This document shows positions 28,858 to 41,974 of a stretch of 64,000 nt of DNA, piece by piece; position 1 is the first letter of the stretch; every line of letters starts with the position of its first letter. This DNA comes from Amoebidium appalachense (taxonomy: Eukaryota > Protista > Ichthyosporea). Below the pieces are notes generated by a model. It was not told the DNA's origin and ran no database searches. It worked only from the letters and a program-made list of their open reading frames with translations. The stretch is from NCBI GenBank assembly GCA_963693365.1, contig CAVNZM010000017.1, forward strand, positions 3,515,375 through 3,579,374, written 5' to 3'. A program made the translations under genes and the position numbers.

Positions 28858-30798
28858 GTCGGGGAGGGACTTGCGAGCAGTTGTATTCTTGCGGGTTGAG
28901 TTCTACGATTGCCTTCGGCACGCGGTTGTGATATGCTGGTGTGCTACCTCTCTCCATCTGGTGTCATGAGGCTCATGTTTCTCCGAAGCCCGGCATGATG
29001 GTAGTTACTATGGTGGCCGCGAGTGCTTCTCGCTTTGGGGGTTGACTGGGTCCTTGCTTGTCTCCTTCTACGTTGTCTCCATCTCTGCATCCTTCTTCAA
29101 AATGCGGCATGGCCTTGGTCACTCCGCGGCGCGCGTTTGGGGTGGTTTTGTGGCTGAATAGGACGCCGAGAAGCTTCCCTAGTTAGCCACAATCACGAGC
29201 TTTCACTGTGGCAGTTGCTGAGCATTGCAGAACCTCTTCTCGTTGGAACGCACACTGCTTGTGTCTTCTCTTTTGCGTGCCTTGCTACAGCTAGGCTACC
29301 TTGCTTGACTGTTAGATTTCCTAGGCAGGTTTACGTGAACTCCGGGCAGGCTTGTTTGGGACTAATCTGGTGTTCAAGCGAGTTCTGTATTGCCCTTGAG
29401 TGCCTATCGAACGGCTACTCTTTTGTCAGGGTTTATATGGGGCTCTGCCATTGGAGAAGCTTGGTCGTAGGCTCTTTACAGATTGTAGCTTAGACATCGA
29501 TATCCTCGTGACCAGATGGGGCAATCTAGTCTCTCTCTTGTGATCTCCTCCCAGTTAGTTCAACACCTGAGCTTCTTTCTACATCTGAGCTTCTTCTTCT
29601 TCTTCTTCTTCTTCTTCTTTTTTTTTTTTTTTTTGTTCTTCGCAGCTGTCTCCTTTCTTTGCAACTTTATTTCTGAACCTATCCTTCCCGAGGTGACTCC
29701 TATCAGTTGTGCTGGACATATAGTACTATGCGTTATATGTTATCTAAAGCACCGTGTATTTTTTTGCCGATATCTTCTTTTCATGAGCGGTTTTTTCTTT
29801 CTCCCGGGATATCTGCGATATCTCGCCTTTTCACCTTCTATGAGATCATCAATAAAGTCATTATTAAAAAAAAAAAATCATGACTTCACTTTTACTTCGA
29901 TCTCTTAGCTGTCACGTCATCTTTTTTTCCCGATTCTTCACCATGGCAGGTATATAAAGGCTTTTGTTTTTTCTTTTTGTGGTGGGAAGGGGTCCCACTC
30001 AGGGGAACGTGACACTCTGTGTGTGTAGTGCGGCCTTGTCTATTCCTACTGCTGTGAGAGTGTGGGGACATCTCCCTTCTGCGGAGTTTCTCGCTTGAGG
30101 AATGGTTTCTTCGACATCTGGTGGCCCACTGCAACTTCCGGTGACTTCTACACTCTATCTACGCTTCTACGCAAGCTATTGGCGGTGGGATGCTGCAACT
30201 TCTTCAACTGCTTCTGCACTGCGTGAGTGGAAGGGTAGCTACGGGGTCGTCGAGGAGCTTTCCTTGTGGCTGCCGTGTTTTCAGCCTTCAGCAGTATGGC
30301 AAGGACTGGGTTTGCTTGCATGCATTCTGTAGTTGTGTTTTCCTGTGTGTCCTGCCACAACTAGGCCACTGTGGTGTGATTGCGTCATATGGGGTAAAAT
30401 ACCATCAAATAGTAGCCAATAGGATACGAGCCTGGCGCTCCATATATAGATGAGGAATTCAATGAGTGCGCCTACGTGTCCTGTAGGCACCTTCCCGTAC
30501 ATCAGCCTGCGCTCTGTGCTGTGCAGAGAGCCGATAGTAAAGGGTTAGGGAAACGAGTGAGTTCCCGTTAACCCCCAGTGTTGGTGTCGCAGTGCCTTTC
30601 CCCTATAACTCCGTTCAAAGAACCCACTTCAACACACGTATACACACAAGGGACACAACAGTCTGAGCTACACACTTGAAGCGGTAGTTTTGCGCGGAGT
30701 TCTCGCAAATAGGTTAAGTTACACACGGTTTTTTTTTTTGTTTTTTTTTTGCCTTTCTCTTTTCTCCCGCATACACCAGTTGTTCTTTCTTAACAATC

Positions 30799-32644
30799 AT
30801 GGCAGATAATGGTGAAGTTCGCAATAGCCGCGAAGCCTCACCCGAGCGAGAGGTTGAGGGATCCCCTCGCCGTTCCCCGCCTCCCAATGATCACGCTGGG
30901 CAGGTGGAAGGAAACGTCGAGCAGCAGGTTAGCTCTGATTTCGCTACTTTAGAGGCTCGTTTGGCCGAAGCTCAACGTGAGCAGGAGGCCGCTGAGGCTG
31001 AGTTGCGTGCGGAGCGCGAGCGCGTGGAAGCTTTGCGTGCGGAACAGCAGCGCCAGCTTGAGCGTCAGGAGACCCTACGCCAGCAGGCTGTCGCGGTAGC
31101 AGCACACAGGGCTGAGGTTCAGCGAGCCATAGCCGAGGCAGACAGGCAGCTTTGGAGGAGACTGCCCGCCTGCGTGGCCAGTTCGACGAAATACGCGCCG
31201 CCGTAGCGAAGCAGGGGGAAACTTTGGCTGTTTTAGAGCAGCAGGTGGCCGCAGTTCTGCCGGGTGGACTAAGGGCTTAGTTCCACCCATCCAGCCGCAA
31301 CAGGTCCCGCCTCCAAACATGCCACCCCCGGCTCCGTTTGTCCCGCCGGCACCGCCTACTTTACCGGTGCAGCGGCGGAACCTCGCCCCGCAGTTTGGTT
31401 CGTCCGGAGGGCAGCGTGCGGAGGAGTTTTATACCCCTCTCAATACCCCTGAACGTCCGAACTCCGGGGGAGTGCCTCCTCAGACCCGCATGTTTCCTCC
31501 CGCACCACCCATGCCCGACAGTAGCGGCAGGTTGGGCGTCGACGAAACACGTCTGAAGTCCCTTCCCGGTTATTGCTCACCGGACAAACCTATGCCCATC
31601 TTTTCAACTACACGCAATGGGAGACGGACGGTTGGGATTTTACGTATGAACTCGTCAATCCGACCGCCGGCGCGCTTGATTACAAGGCTTGTGGAAAGTT
31701 GCATTCAATCACGGCAAGCAACGTTTTCCTTTGGCCTACCTACTTCGCCCTTCTGTCTTCATATCAATCGGGCAATGCACGCAAGTACAAGTATGATCAG
31801 ACTCGCGCGTTTTTGCTCAGGGTGGTGGAGAAGGGATACACAAACGAATTGATGCGCGTTCTGGATGCAGTTCACGGACTCCCCCAACATCCCACTCTAC
31901 CGGACCTCCTGTGGTTGTTTGTGTGCGAAGTTCTCTCGCCCAACTACTACACACAGTATCGGGCATATTACAACGCTCCAAACACGTACACGAATGCGAA
32001 AGGCCAAGAACGGTTGGCGTTGGGAGCGTTGGACGGGAGTCGTGTGAAATCGCTTTTGCAACAAATGGAGCATTTGTGCCTGCAGGCCGGTTACGAGACC
32101 GACATCGACCGTCTTGCACCACTCGTGCGCCATGTCTTAAACGGCCTCATTCCACAAGAAGGACATTAGTTGGATGATACACCGCGTGGGTACGCCAGTG
32201 CCTCAAAGCGCAAACGATCGTCAGAGGGCTATTCAAACTGAGTTGGAGTCGCAAATTCTTAGTCTTCTCAAGAATTTTGCTAGCGACGGTTCCTACTCAT
32301 TCCAACCAGTCCACCCGGGTGCAGGCCCGTGGCAGAACACTCGGCCCCCGCGCCCGGGTCCATACGAAAACCCTAAAACTCTTCCTCACACCCATAATAG
32401 GTTTGCCCCTCTGCAGGATCCCCCACACCAGCCTTATTATCCTGTGCCCGCACCCGTTCGCCCGCCTCCCCCTCAAGGGCAGTGGGCCAACGGGGCCCCT
32501 GGGCAGGGGCCTCCCCCCAAGCCGCAGCCACGTGTTCCGCGCGGTGGGCCACCTAACCAGCAAGGACCTCGGGGCCGTGGCGGCAAGGGTGGCCAGCGTG
32601 GTAATGGTGGTCGGGGTGACCGTGGGCGTGGAGGGCGCAACTAG
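30799..32644 (+). pseudogene. Gypsy gag, frameshifted (coiled coil, Pro-rich, helical core, RGG-rich tail)
   Basis: Consecutive ORFs 30799-31206, 31319-, 31573-32169 and 32174-32644 upstream of the protease. Confidence 0.7.
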
Positions 32645-32969
32645 GGGTGCCTTGGTGGGAGTGCTACTGATTCGTCTAAGGTGGGTCGTCCTCAGGTGGT
32701 AGGGGACAGTCCCCCCTCTACCCCTATTGCCGAGTCCCGCCGAGTCCCCCCCGTCTAAAAGAGCGCGTTATGACAAATCTTTAGGTCAACCAGGTATGCA
32801 GGACATCTCTAGTGTGTTGTGTGCAGCTTTACCTATTCCCCTCCTCTTAGTTGGATAGTACCAACCAGTTCGATGGGCAGGATTTCACACATCCACAGAG
32901 ACTTACTAGCATACCCACTCCTACAAGGTAGTCCAGAGACCTAGATATACTATATTTTTATCTTTTTCA

Positions 32970-35874
32970 CATAATATCAAAACGAAAGCTTTGTATGATC
33001 CGGGTTCTCAGGTAACCCTCATGAAATATTCCCTTTTTAAACGCCTTCAAGAAGCAGGCACAGCTTTAGAGCTGTCCCCTTCCTTGTTGGCTGCTGGTGG
33101 TATTACTCCCACGGGGAGTCCGCTTGAAGTTAAAGGTGAGTCCGTTATCTCTTGGCTGGTGGGCAATACCCTTTTGGATTGGCCCTTCCTAGTCGTTGGG
33201 GATATGAATGGACCTGATGTTTTATTAGGAATGACTGGACAGATACACGGGTTACGACTGCAGATTTGGAAACACAGGCACTTACCTTAAGAAACGGGGA
33301 CTCAGTCCTCCTCTCTTATAAGCATTTGCCTGATGTTGCAGCTTATTGCCGTTTGCAAAAACCAGTTGTGCTTAAAGCACATACTGTTACTAAGATATTT
33401 TTGAAAGCACGTAGCCATATGCCTGCGGGACCTGCGTTGTTTATGCCGAATACGACATTACAACAGTTACTGTATTTCCCCGCTGATATATGGTTGCTGT
33501 TCACCCTAGTGGTGATGTACATTTGCTATTATAATTTTTCTGAAGAAGACGTGCCTTTATTACATAGTAATCTTGGTCACGTTCAGTCTCTGACTGAGCA
33601 AACCCTTGCAGAAATCTACGCGGTTGCGGATATTAACAGCTCTGGTGTTCTTGATTTTCGTGTGTCTGCTGCAACCGGCCGGGCAGCTGGATACGCTGGC
33701 ATGGCGAAGTCTTTGGGATTGGTGCCTAGCCCACATCCGTCCCAAAGATGTAGTCCTGCTGGGCGGGGCGCATATGATAATCCTATGTATTCAGATGAGG
33801 TGGATTATGCTCGTAGGTTAGCTGTCCACTCGTTGTATACTAGTGCATGCACAACCGCCTCGGGTGTCTGTAAAAGTGAGGGTATTAATATCGATGATAA
33901 TGTTGTTGATATGGAGTTGGATGACGGTTTGGGGGTAAATCCCCATCTCGGCAGCACCCTGCTCTAATAAATCTGCCACATTTATCCGCAACCTCTTTAG
34001 CAGATACCCCCACCTTTCAAACAGAGTCAGGGGCCACTGTGATCACTGACTCTACACCGATAGGTGTTGGCTCTCGGAGTACCCATAATGGGCTCCGTGA
34101 TGCCCAACCACAGACAGCACCCACCGCCACCCACCGTATACCATGGAAATTTAGTTTTCCTGAGTATACCCCAGAGTTAAAAGAGCGTGCTTCCTCATTT
34201 TTGGATAAACATTATGATGTGTTTATTATAAATGATCATGATTATGGCAGGCTGCATAGGTTCGAGGCCAGTTTAGACACAGGTGACCATCCACCAATCA
34301 AAGTGAAGCAATGGCGCCTAGAGCAAGTAAAATTAGAATCGGCACAGAAAATTGTAGATGAAATGATTGAACGGGACGAAGCAGAACCTGCAGATGGTTC
34401 TCCTTGGCAGTTCCCTATTTTCTTAGTGCCGAAAAAGCAACCTGGCCAATTCAGGATGGTCCAGGATATGCGGAAATTAAATGAAATTCTTCGTAAAGAC
34501 TCATATCCCCTCCCTAATATTACTGCAGAATTGGAACGTGCACAAGGTGCACGCATTTTTGCAAAGTTTGATATGAGTCGCGCATTTTGGCAAAGTTATT
34601 ATGACGAAGAATCGCGCCCGAAAACGGCGTTCGCATTAGGCAATAGGCAGTGTACCAATATAAAGTCATGGTTATGGGTGCTAGTAATAGCCCCCCTACT
34701 ATGATGCGTGCAATGCACTGGGTGTTAAAAAATCACCTCGATGATTGCATTATTTATATTGATGATCTTATATTTTATGTGTAGACGGAAGATGAATTAT
34801 TTACGAAAATGAATGCTGTCCTTACTACATTAGCTAAGCATAACCTTAAGCTCGATGCTAGTAAGGCAGAAATAGCGGTACCCACCATAGATGCCTTAGG
34901 GCACATTTTATCTGCAGATGGTATCACTATCCATCCTAAGCGCATAAAAGCAGTTGCAGAGTGGCCTATCCCCAAAACGGTCACCCAATTGCGACAATTT
35001 TTGGGTGTTACAAATTATCTCAGGAGATATATTAAAAATTACGCGCGCATGGCCGCGTCCTTAACAAAATTAACGGGTGGCCAGGCAGCGAAGAAAATCC
35101 ATATAGACAAAGATAGCACACAGCTGCAATCATTTTATAATTTACGCACTGCTCTAACCAAACCACCTGTGCTTGTGCTTCCTAATTTTAGTAAGGGTGC
35201 CGGTGAGTTTGTTGTAAAGACAGACGCGTGTGCTATCTCTGTGGGGGGCAGCCTATACCAAACCCAAGCCGATGGGTCTTTGCGTGTGGTAGCATATTTT
35301 TCCAAATTATTTTCCCCCACACAAAAACGTTATTCCACCAGTGAAAGGGAAGCTTTGGCCTTAGTATATGCTCTCACACATGAGTGGAGAGTATATCTCT
35401 ATGGTCGGAAATTTCGCGTATATACGGATCATAAGCCAAATTTATGTATTACTGGAGGCACACGTATAGCCAATGATAGAATTTATCGTTGGGCTGCAAA
35501 GCTGCAGGGCTTTGACTTCCAGTAATTTTTTAAAAAAGGTTCTGACTTGCCAGACGCTGATGGTATCAGTCGCATTCCTTATGCAGCTGAGGACCAATCA
35601 GACGAACCGCCTGCAGATCACTCTCAGGAAGCAGATAGATGGGTGCATTATGATAAGAATACTGAGTTGGAGCGTGTAGTGATCTCGTCAGTTTATTTTC
35701 CTGATGATGTTTATTTTCCTGATGATTCATACACTGCTCCTTCTCACACCCCTATGCCTTTGCAGGCGCACGTCGCGGCTTGCTTACCATATTTGGGCAT
35801 ATCTACCACCCATACTCACGTTAACCTTTCCCTGCCAGCGAACGGTCCCTGTGAAATTAGTTTAGAAGGGTCCT
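32970..35874 (+). pseudogene. Gypsy pol (PR-RT-RH), frameshifted
   Basis: Motifs are spread over ORFs 32991, 33266, 34039, 34809 and 35547 (PDADGISR). Confidence 0.9.
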
Positions 35875-36665
35875 TTCTTATGCCAACGTCGTCTTTACCA
35901 GCCCCAGCAAGGGGATACATGAGCCGGTGCCTGTGGATCAATCTCACAAGCAGGCACAGGTGTGCTCCACAGGAGCAATGAAAAGAATGACAAATGTCAT
36001 ACAGAAACATGCTCAAAAAACGTAGCCTAGTGCCTAAATAGGCAAAGGGTGTGGTGGGTGGGCAAAAACTTAGCTAAAAAATTGGGCCTAAAGAGACCTA
36101 AACGCGCTCAGTAGCGCCGCAACTGACCTCCTGGGGCCGCGCAAGCTCAATATATAGCGCGACCCACATTTTTGCCTATGGAAATATGAAGAAATGACTT
36201 AAAACCTATCAAATCCATGAAATCTACCAAGATGGAATTTTTGCTGCACATCAACCAATGAAAATTTTTTACACGTGGCTAAAACCCCTAGATCACAAAG
36301 ACCAAACCGATTGCCGCCCATTTCGGACTAGATATAACTCAAACTCATCAATATATCCATATGGCATATCCCACAGAACATGAAAACAGCTACAGCTCCC
36401 TAAATAAAAATGCTAGCAGCCTGAAACTTTGCACACACATCAAACACACCAAGGCCTACACCATGCTACTACTAGAATTTTACAGCACACTCGCAACACA
36501 CAATTTCACTCCAACGGGGCTATCTAATTCTCCTGCAAAGAAAACACGTTTACAAACTAAATATTCTTATGCCAACGTCGTCTTTACCAGCCCCAGCAAG
36601 GGGATACATGAGCCGGTGCCTGTGGATCAATCTCACAAGCAGGCATAGGTGTGCTCCACCACTCC

Positions 36666-37594
36666 CTATCTGGCACGGGAAGGAACGAACCATGCCGTGG
36701 GTGACTGACGCAGCGCTGCAGCCCGGGCAAGGAGCGACGCAGGCACCCGAATAGAAAGAACAAGAGACTGGCCGGCCTGCACATACCGGCGGAGGGAGGC
36801 ATGCGATCTCCACCGACCACGCAGAGCAATCGTCTCTACTGAAACACCCCTGACGTAGTCTCTCGAGGCACCACCATGGCGAAGACTGTGAAGATGGAAC
36901 CCATACTCATTGAGGCCGAGGGAGTCACATGCCGCTTGGAACTTGGCACGCAGAATCATACGAGAAAGGAAACAGCCGCGCAGAAGGGGGGGGCGCCACA
37001 GAACCAGAAAGACAGGATGGCCAACAGGGACGGATTGGTGATGGGGAAAAACTGATTTGGACCGGTCTTGGTGTCGGCCAGGCGGATGCCGCCTGTACCG
37101 GGTTGCATGTCGTGGGGAACGGGGTCGTCGGGCAAAACAAGATCCGCACGGGTGAGCAAAAGCAGCTCACTGACACGAAAATAACACTCAAATCCGAGCA
37201 AAACAGAAATACCAAACAAGGGGCCAATTTTGGAATACAAATGATGGCCAATGACGAGGACCAATGAAAACGGAAGCGGGGGCGTGGTCTTTGCTGGAAC
37301 AAGCCGGTTCCAGCCCTGCAGGCTTCGTTGGGCGGCCTGCAGGTGTGGACCCAGCCTTGGCATGAAATGTTTGATGCCGGCAGCTGTGTTGACACAGCGC
37401 TGACGCTGGCCACGCGATGGATCAATGGCATAACACTCCTCAAAATACTCCACCAGGAGGTCGTCCAGTTCGGCGGGGGACTTGGTGTCGGTGCCAGGGG
37501 GCAACCAATCCAGGAACTCAACAACAGCATCCCGGTAGGCCTTGAGGGTTGGGGGCTTTATGGCCTGGTCAGCCAGAAAACCGCGAGGGACCAT
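36666..37594 (-). CDS. Tyrosine recombinase, copy 1 (one frameshift ~36957)
   Basis: MVPRGFLADQAIKPPTLKAY..., LLGFECYFRVSE (Arg), DTKTG (Lys), HSLRHGGA, RGRWRSHASLRRY. Confidence 0.92.
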
Positions 37595-39619
37595 CTGCAG
37601 GATTGTGGGCTGACGGCAGCTACACACAATACAAACGAATGTCGAGGGCAAGCGTGTAGGCAGCCACCTGGCGGCATACACGGTTAAGGCGTCGGGATGC
37701 TGAACGACCCTTAGCAACAGCCCCAAGCAGCGCCATCGAATCAAGACCCCAAAGGTAGCGGGAGCCCCGGGCAGCCGTAGACCGACCTAATCGACGAAGC
37801 CCCTGGAGCAAGGCTTCTCCCTCCAGAATGTTGATGTGGTCGGAGTGGCGCCAACGATGACTGATGTTGGTGGTCCACCAGCCACCAACAGCTGCCAGGA
37901 TAGGTGCCGGGGGGGCGGACGGGCTTGGCTCGTGCACGGGACCAGACAGCTGGCTGTAGTGGCCACGCCGGTTGCAGTGAGGCAGCACTTGGCGGAGAAG
38001 CGCTGCTGGCAGCACCCGGGACACCACTGCACCACCCAACAAGGAAGCATCAGTGCAGAACATGGTGCAAGCAAACCCAGAACGCAAATCACAACGCATC
38101 AACGGGGCCAAAGCACACATCGCCTGAAGCTCCCACACCACGGGCGGTGGAAGGGGCTGTTCCCGATCCCCCAGCTGCTCCACAAAACTGTAGACGGCGC
38201 TCAGAACCGACAAAAGCGGCCGCTGCAGCAGTGCCGCCCACACCCAACCATTAAGCAACTGCTGCAAACGGAGCTGTGTGACGACACCACAACGCAACAC
38301 GGCCTGGGTTTCCGCAACCAGACGGCACAGGGAAGCACCAGACGGGCGCAATATCCCAGAGCGATGCATTTCCAGGCCTAGCAGCACCATAGAGGATGAC
38401 GAACCAGCAGCCACATCCTTCTTGACGTTGGAGGGAAGACCAGCCGGGCCGGTGACGCCATGATACGATTCACGCTGACGATTGATGGCGGTGGCATCTG
38501 TGCCGACCCAGCCACAGTCGTCCACATACAGGGCATGCTGCGTGGCCTCCACAGGCCGCGGCACTATCGCACAGAGGCGCTCAATGCGGGGCATGCTGGC
38601 TCGGTCAGCCAACTGCCCATGGACGTCTTGAGCCACAAGCACAGAATGCACCCAGCCCATGGGCACGGTCTTGAGGGCCGGGTACACAAGCCGGTCAGGC
38701 CCAGAAAAGCCAACAGCCTCCGAAGACACAGGCGGCAATCCGAAGTACCGCCACAGCCACTCGGGGGCAAGAAGACGATGGAACTGGTTGTCCATGTCTG
38801 ACTTGCCAAAATAGAGGCAATCCTCAGGTCCCAGCAACAGATCGGCAAAATCGGCAGGGTTGGGCAGGTGCACCTTGAGGGCAGGATGATCACGGGCAAA
38901 AAACAGGTTGCCACGGCGGCCGTCAAAAATGACGCGGGCTCTGGTGTCTTTGGGGACCCCAAACAGCCCATTGATGGCCAGTGGTTTTTCCTTCGCCTCG
39001 AAATAGTGCACCATGCCGCAGCCTTGAAGCCGAAGAAGCAGGGGGCCGTATTCCCCACTGGGAACGTGATGCGCCGGGCGGATGCGGCGCAGCTCTGCAG
39101 GCGTCGGCGGAACAGGCTTGAGAAGGCCACCGTCGCAGTGGGCCAAAAACTGTAGTGTAGGAGACAAAAACTGCAACACGTCCACTGTGGCTCCAACCCC
39201 AGGGGGTGGCAAAGCGGCATTTGCCGCCGTGAGAGGTAGCCATCCTGTCAATACAGTGTAGGCCGCGAGAACGCAGCCAAGACACTACTCGCAGGCTGAG
39301 CATTGTAGACACCCGCGCGTATAGCATCGTAGCTGGCCCGAAGGACAAAGGTCCACAGGGCATGGTGGTGACTGTTCACCAACCGGGTCGGGAATGGGCA
39401 AGGGCCGCCTGCCCACAGCTCGTTGAGGGCACCAAGACAACGGTTAGCCATGGTAACCCCCTTCAGGCGGTGAGACAGACGTTGCCGACGGCGTTGACTC
39501 CGTAGACGGCCTTGCCCAGAACGGTCCGGCACAGGAATGGCCGGAACAGGAAACAAATCAGAGTCGGCAAAGACATGACGTGGCATAGCTGTGGAATCCT
39601 TGGAAAAATTAGGGGGCAT
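37569..39619 (-). pseudogene. RT-RNase H, copy 1 (frameshift ~39250, premature stop 37620)
   Basis: LFGVPKD, RVIFDGR, KSDMDNQFH, VPMGWVHS, LYVDD, FCTDAS, HINILE, LDSMALLGAVAKGRS. Confidence 0.92.
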
Positions 39620-40648
39620 ATTTAATCAAGGGCACGTGGCAGGAAACCACAAGAATATAATATACAGAACCGCGTGCCGAACCCCAAAAGGGCTGTTTAG
39701 GCCCTGTGGCCACCGGCCCCCAGAGGGGTCGATGGACCGGCGCCGGATGGGCCAGTGCTGGGACCGCGCCGAGCCCGGGTGACTTCAGCGAGGGTCTTGG
39801 CTTGACGAACAGCCCGGGTGGCCAAGGCAGGGGGCAGGGGCAGGCTGCGCGCAGGGAGCTCCTCAAACTGCTCTGCAACAGCCCAGTCCCCGTTGGACTG
39901 ATCAGCAGTCTGCAGAGCCAGCAGACGGCGCGCGCCACACCAACTTCCACAGCAGGCGACTCCTTGCGGGCCTTAGGGTCGGCGGCCAGCAGCAGATCCA
40001 GCATACGGGCAAGACGTTCTTTGACGTGCAGGTTGACTTTGGCGCCGCTGGAGAGCAGATAACGGCTGGGATTGGGTTTGGAGCGGCCAGAGGAACGACG
40101 GTTGCGAGAGGAACGACCGTAGCCACTGCTGCTGGAAGAAGAATCCTCATTCGACGATGGGGTGTCTTCACTGCCGGTGTCGTACGCATAGACAGGCTCC
40201 TTGCCCTTTGCCCGCGCAGACAGCGTGCTCAGCAGGCCGCCGGCAGAGGGCTTCTTGGGGCAATCACACTGGGCAACAGAGAGGGCTTGCACTTGGGCAG
40301 AAAGCGCCTGCAGCTGCTCTGGGACGTCTACACCGTCAGAACGCCGCTGGGGAGAGGGCGACCCAGGTGGGGGGGAGGCACGGCCGCTGCGAGGAGTGCG
40401 ACAGAGCAAGTGCAGCTGGTCGGTGACTTTCCAACTGACCATCTCAGGGTCATCAAAAGCCACCGAGCGCGCCTTGAGGGCTGAAACCACACTGTTGACG
40501 GTTTCCGCCTGCAGGCTATTCCAAGGGAGGGCGTTGGACTGCAAAACGGGCAGACTTTTGAGACTTGCGTCGTCCGCATCGGTAGAGATCTCCAAAAGCT
40601 TTTCGAGGATAGCGGCCCCCTTGGCGACCAGAGCAGGAGGAGGGCCAT
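39609..40648 (-). CDS. gag-like ORF1, copy 1 (108-bp in-frame deletion relative to copy 2)
   Basis: First ORF after A1; Ser/Arg-rich middle; near-identical to 50225-51372. Confidence 0.75.
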
Positions 40649-41239
40649 TGCAATGCTCACAAACCAAACTAGAGCACGAAAACTTGAAAGACTGGAAAAT
40701 GCAAAAACGCGGGAAAAACGACACCGCAAAAAACGTCCGAAAACCAGCTAAAACGCAATGGCGCGCACGCAAAACTCTTACCAGATGCTGCCGAAGCTAA
40801 GCGCGCGCTCCGGGGCAAAAAGAAACTAGAGAAAAAACGAACAACAGCGCGAAAAACGGGGACTAGAGTTGCAAAAACTTAGCTAGAAAATTGGGCCTAA
40901 AGAGACCTAAACGCGCTCAGTAGCGCCGCAACTGACCTCCCTGAGGCCGCGCAAGCTCATTATATAGCGCGGCCCACATCTTTGCCTATGGAAATATGAA
41001 GAAATGACTTAGAACCTATCAAATCCATGAAATCTACCAAAATAGAATTTTTGCTGCACATCAACCAATTAAAAAGAAACTTTGCACACATACCAAGCAC
41101 ACGAAGGCCTACAACATGCTACTACTACGAATTTTACAGCACACTCGCAACACACAATTACACTCCAACGGGGCTATCTAATTCTCCTGCAAAGAATACA
41201 CGTTTACAAACTAAATATTAATATGCGTGTCAGAGTGAC

Positions 41240-41974
41240 TGACATATACTAATCCGTCTCAGCAGATCATCCTAAGTCAAAGATCAAGATGGGGGGGGGA
41301 GGGGGGGGGAGGAGGGGGGGGGCGGGGTGGCCCGGGTCCACAGGTCATCAAGATCAAGTCCGGGGCCTCAAGATCAGCTGTACAGCGGTGGACGCCTTGT
41401 CTCTGCAGGCACAGGGCAGGACCACGTCAGCCTGGAGCAGCCGACCAATAGAAATAGAATAGCGTATAGGATAGATCTTAGGAGGACTTCAGAATGCAAT
41501 AAGTTCGGGCAGATGCCCTTGTAAATATTGGCAAGTTCGGATTGTGCTATCTGCCAAATGTATGTATATATTGATGTACAGGAAAGAGTAGAGGGGGGAG
41601 GAGGGGGGGGAGGTAGTATGAAATGTAGACTTAGGCTCAGTGGTGCCACTAGGGGAAGGGAGAGGAAAGAGACAAGGATATGTATATTAGTGTGAGCCGA
41701 TAGACTTAGCTCGTGGAGGCGCACGATAGAGTTCATTAGATCGGAATGTCAGGAATGTGGCATCGTGGGGGGGCCTGGTGATGATGCTCTTTGGGGGCAC
41801 GGCCTTGATGGCCGCAGTTGTGACTTAGCTTGGTTCCATTCGGATCTCAGGTTGCCCGTCGGAGTCAGGCCTAATAATAAACTTTGCAGTTTTCTCGTAT
41901 ACGTTCGTCCCTCTCAGTGTGTATTTACTTCGGGAGTGCCGCGTCTCTTATTACACACATGTTAGGATACGACA
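41240..41974 (+). mobile_element. Isolated LTR of the chromovirus family (homologous to 61371-62016)
   Basis: TGACATATAC...GGATACGACA termini, colinear with the 3' LTR at 61371. Flanks gtgac/agcta do not form a TSD. Confidence 0.88.

Larger units (their letters stand above)
29882..35874 (+). mobile_element. Degenerate Ty3/Gypsy LTR retrotransposon (gag-PR-RT-RH), cut off before integrase by a YR-element insertion; 5' boundary uncertain
   Basis: Promoter-like repeat, possible PBS tggtgtcgcagtg (~30582), gag fragments, protease ALYDPGSQVT, RT (SPWQFPIFLVPKK, MVQDMRKLN, YPLP, FAKFDMSRAFWQ, IYIDD), RNase H (KTDAC, YSTSEREALA, YTDHKP). Confidence 0.88.
35875..41219 (-). mobile_element. YR retrotransposon family 1, copy 1: A1(41219-40871, internally deleted)-gag-RT/RH-YR-B1(36659-36564)-A2(36563-36062)-spacer-B2(35970-35875)
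   Basis: Split direct repeats read directly; ORFs listed below; no target-site duplication. Confidence 0.93.

Noticed and set aside
30582-30594. tggtgtcgcagtg as a definite tRNA-Leu PBS
   Set aside because: Not directly preceded by an LTR-terminal CA, and no second LTR is available to fix the boundary; mentioned only as possible.
35875-35970. B repeat as a known self-cleaving ribozyme (hammerhead/HDV/pistol)
   Set aside because: No CUGANGA/GAAA hammerhead core or complete HDV/pistol topology found by eye on either strand; kept only as an unknown structured element.
41240-41974. 3' LTR of the Gypsy element at 29.9-35.9 kb, or a clean solo LTR
   Set aside because: It matches the chromovirus LTR at 61371, not the sequence upstream of the 30799 gag, and there is no TSD (gtgac vs agcta).
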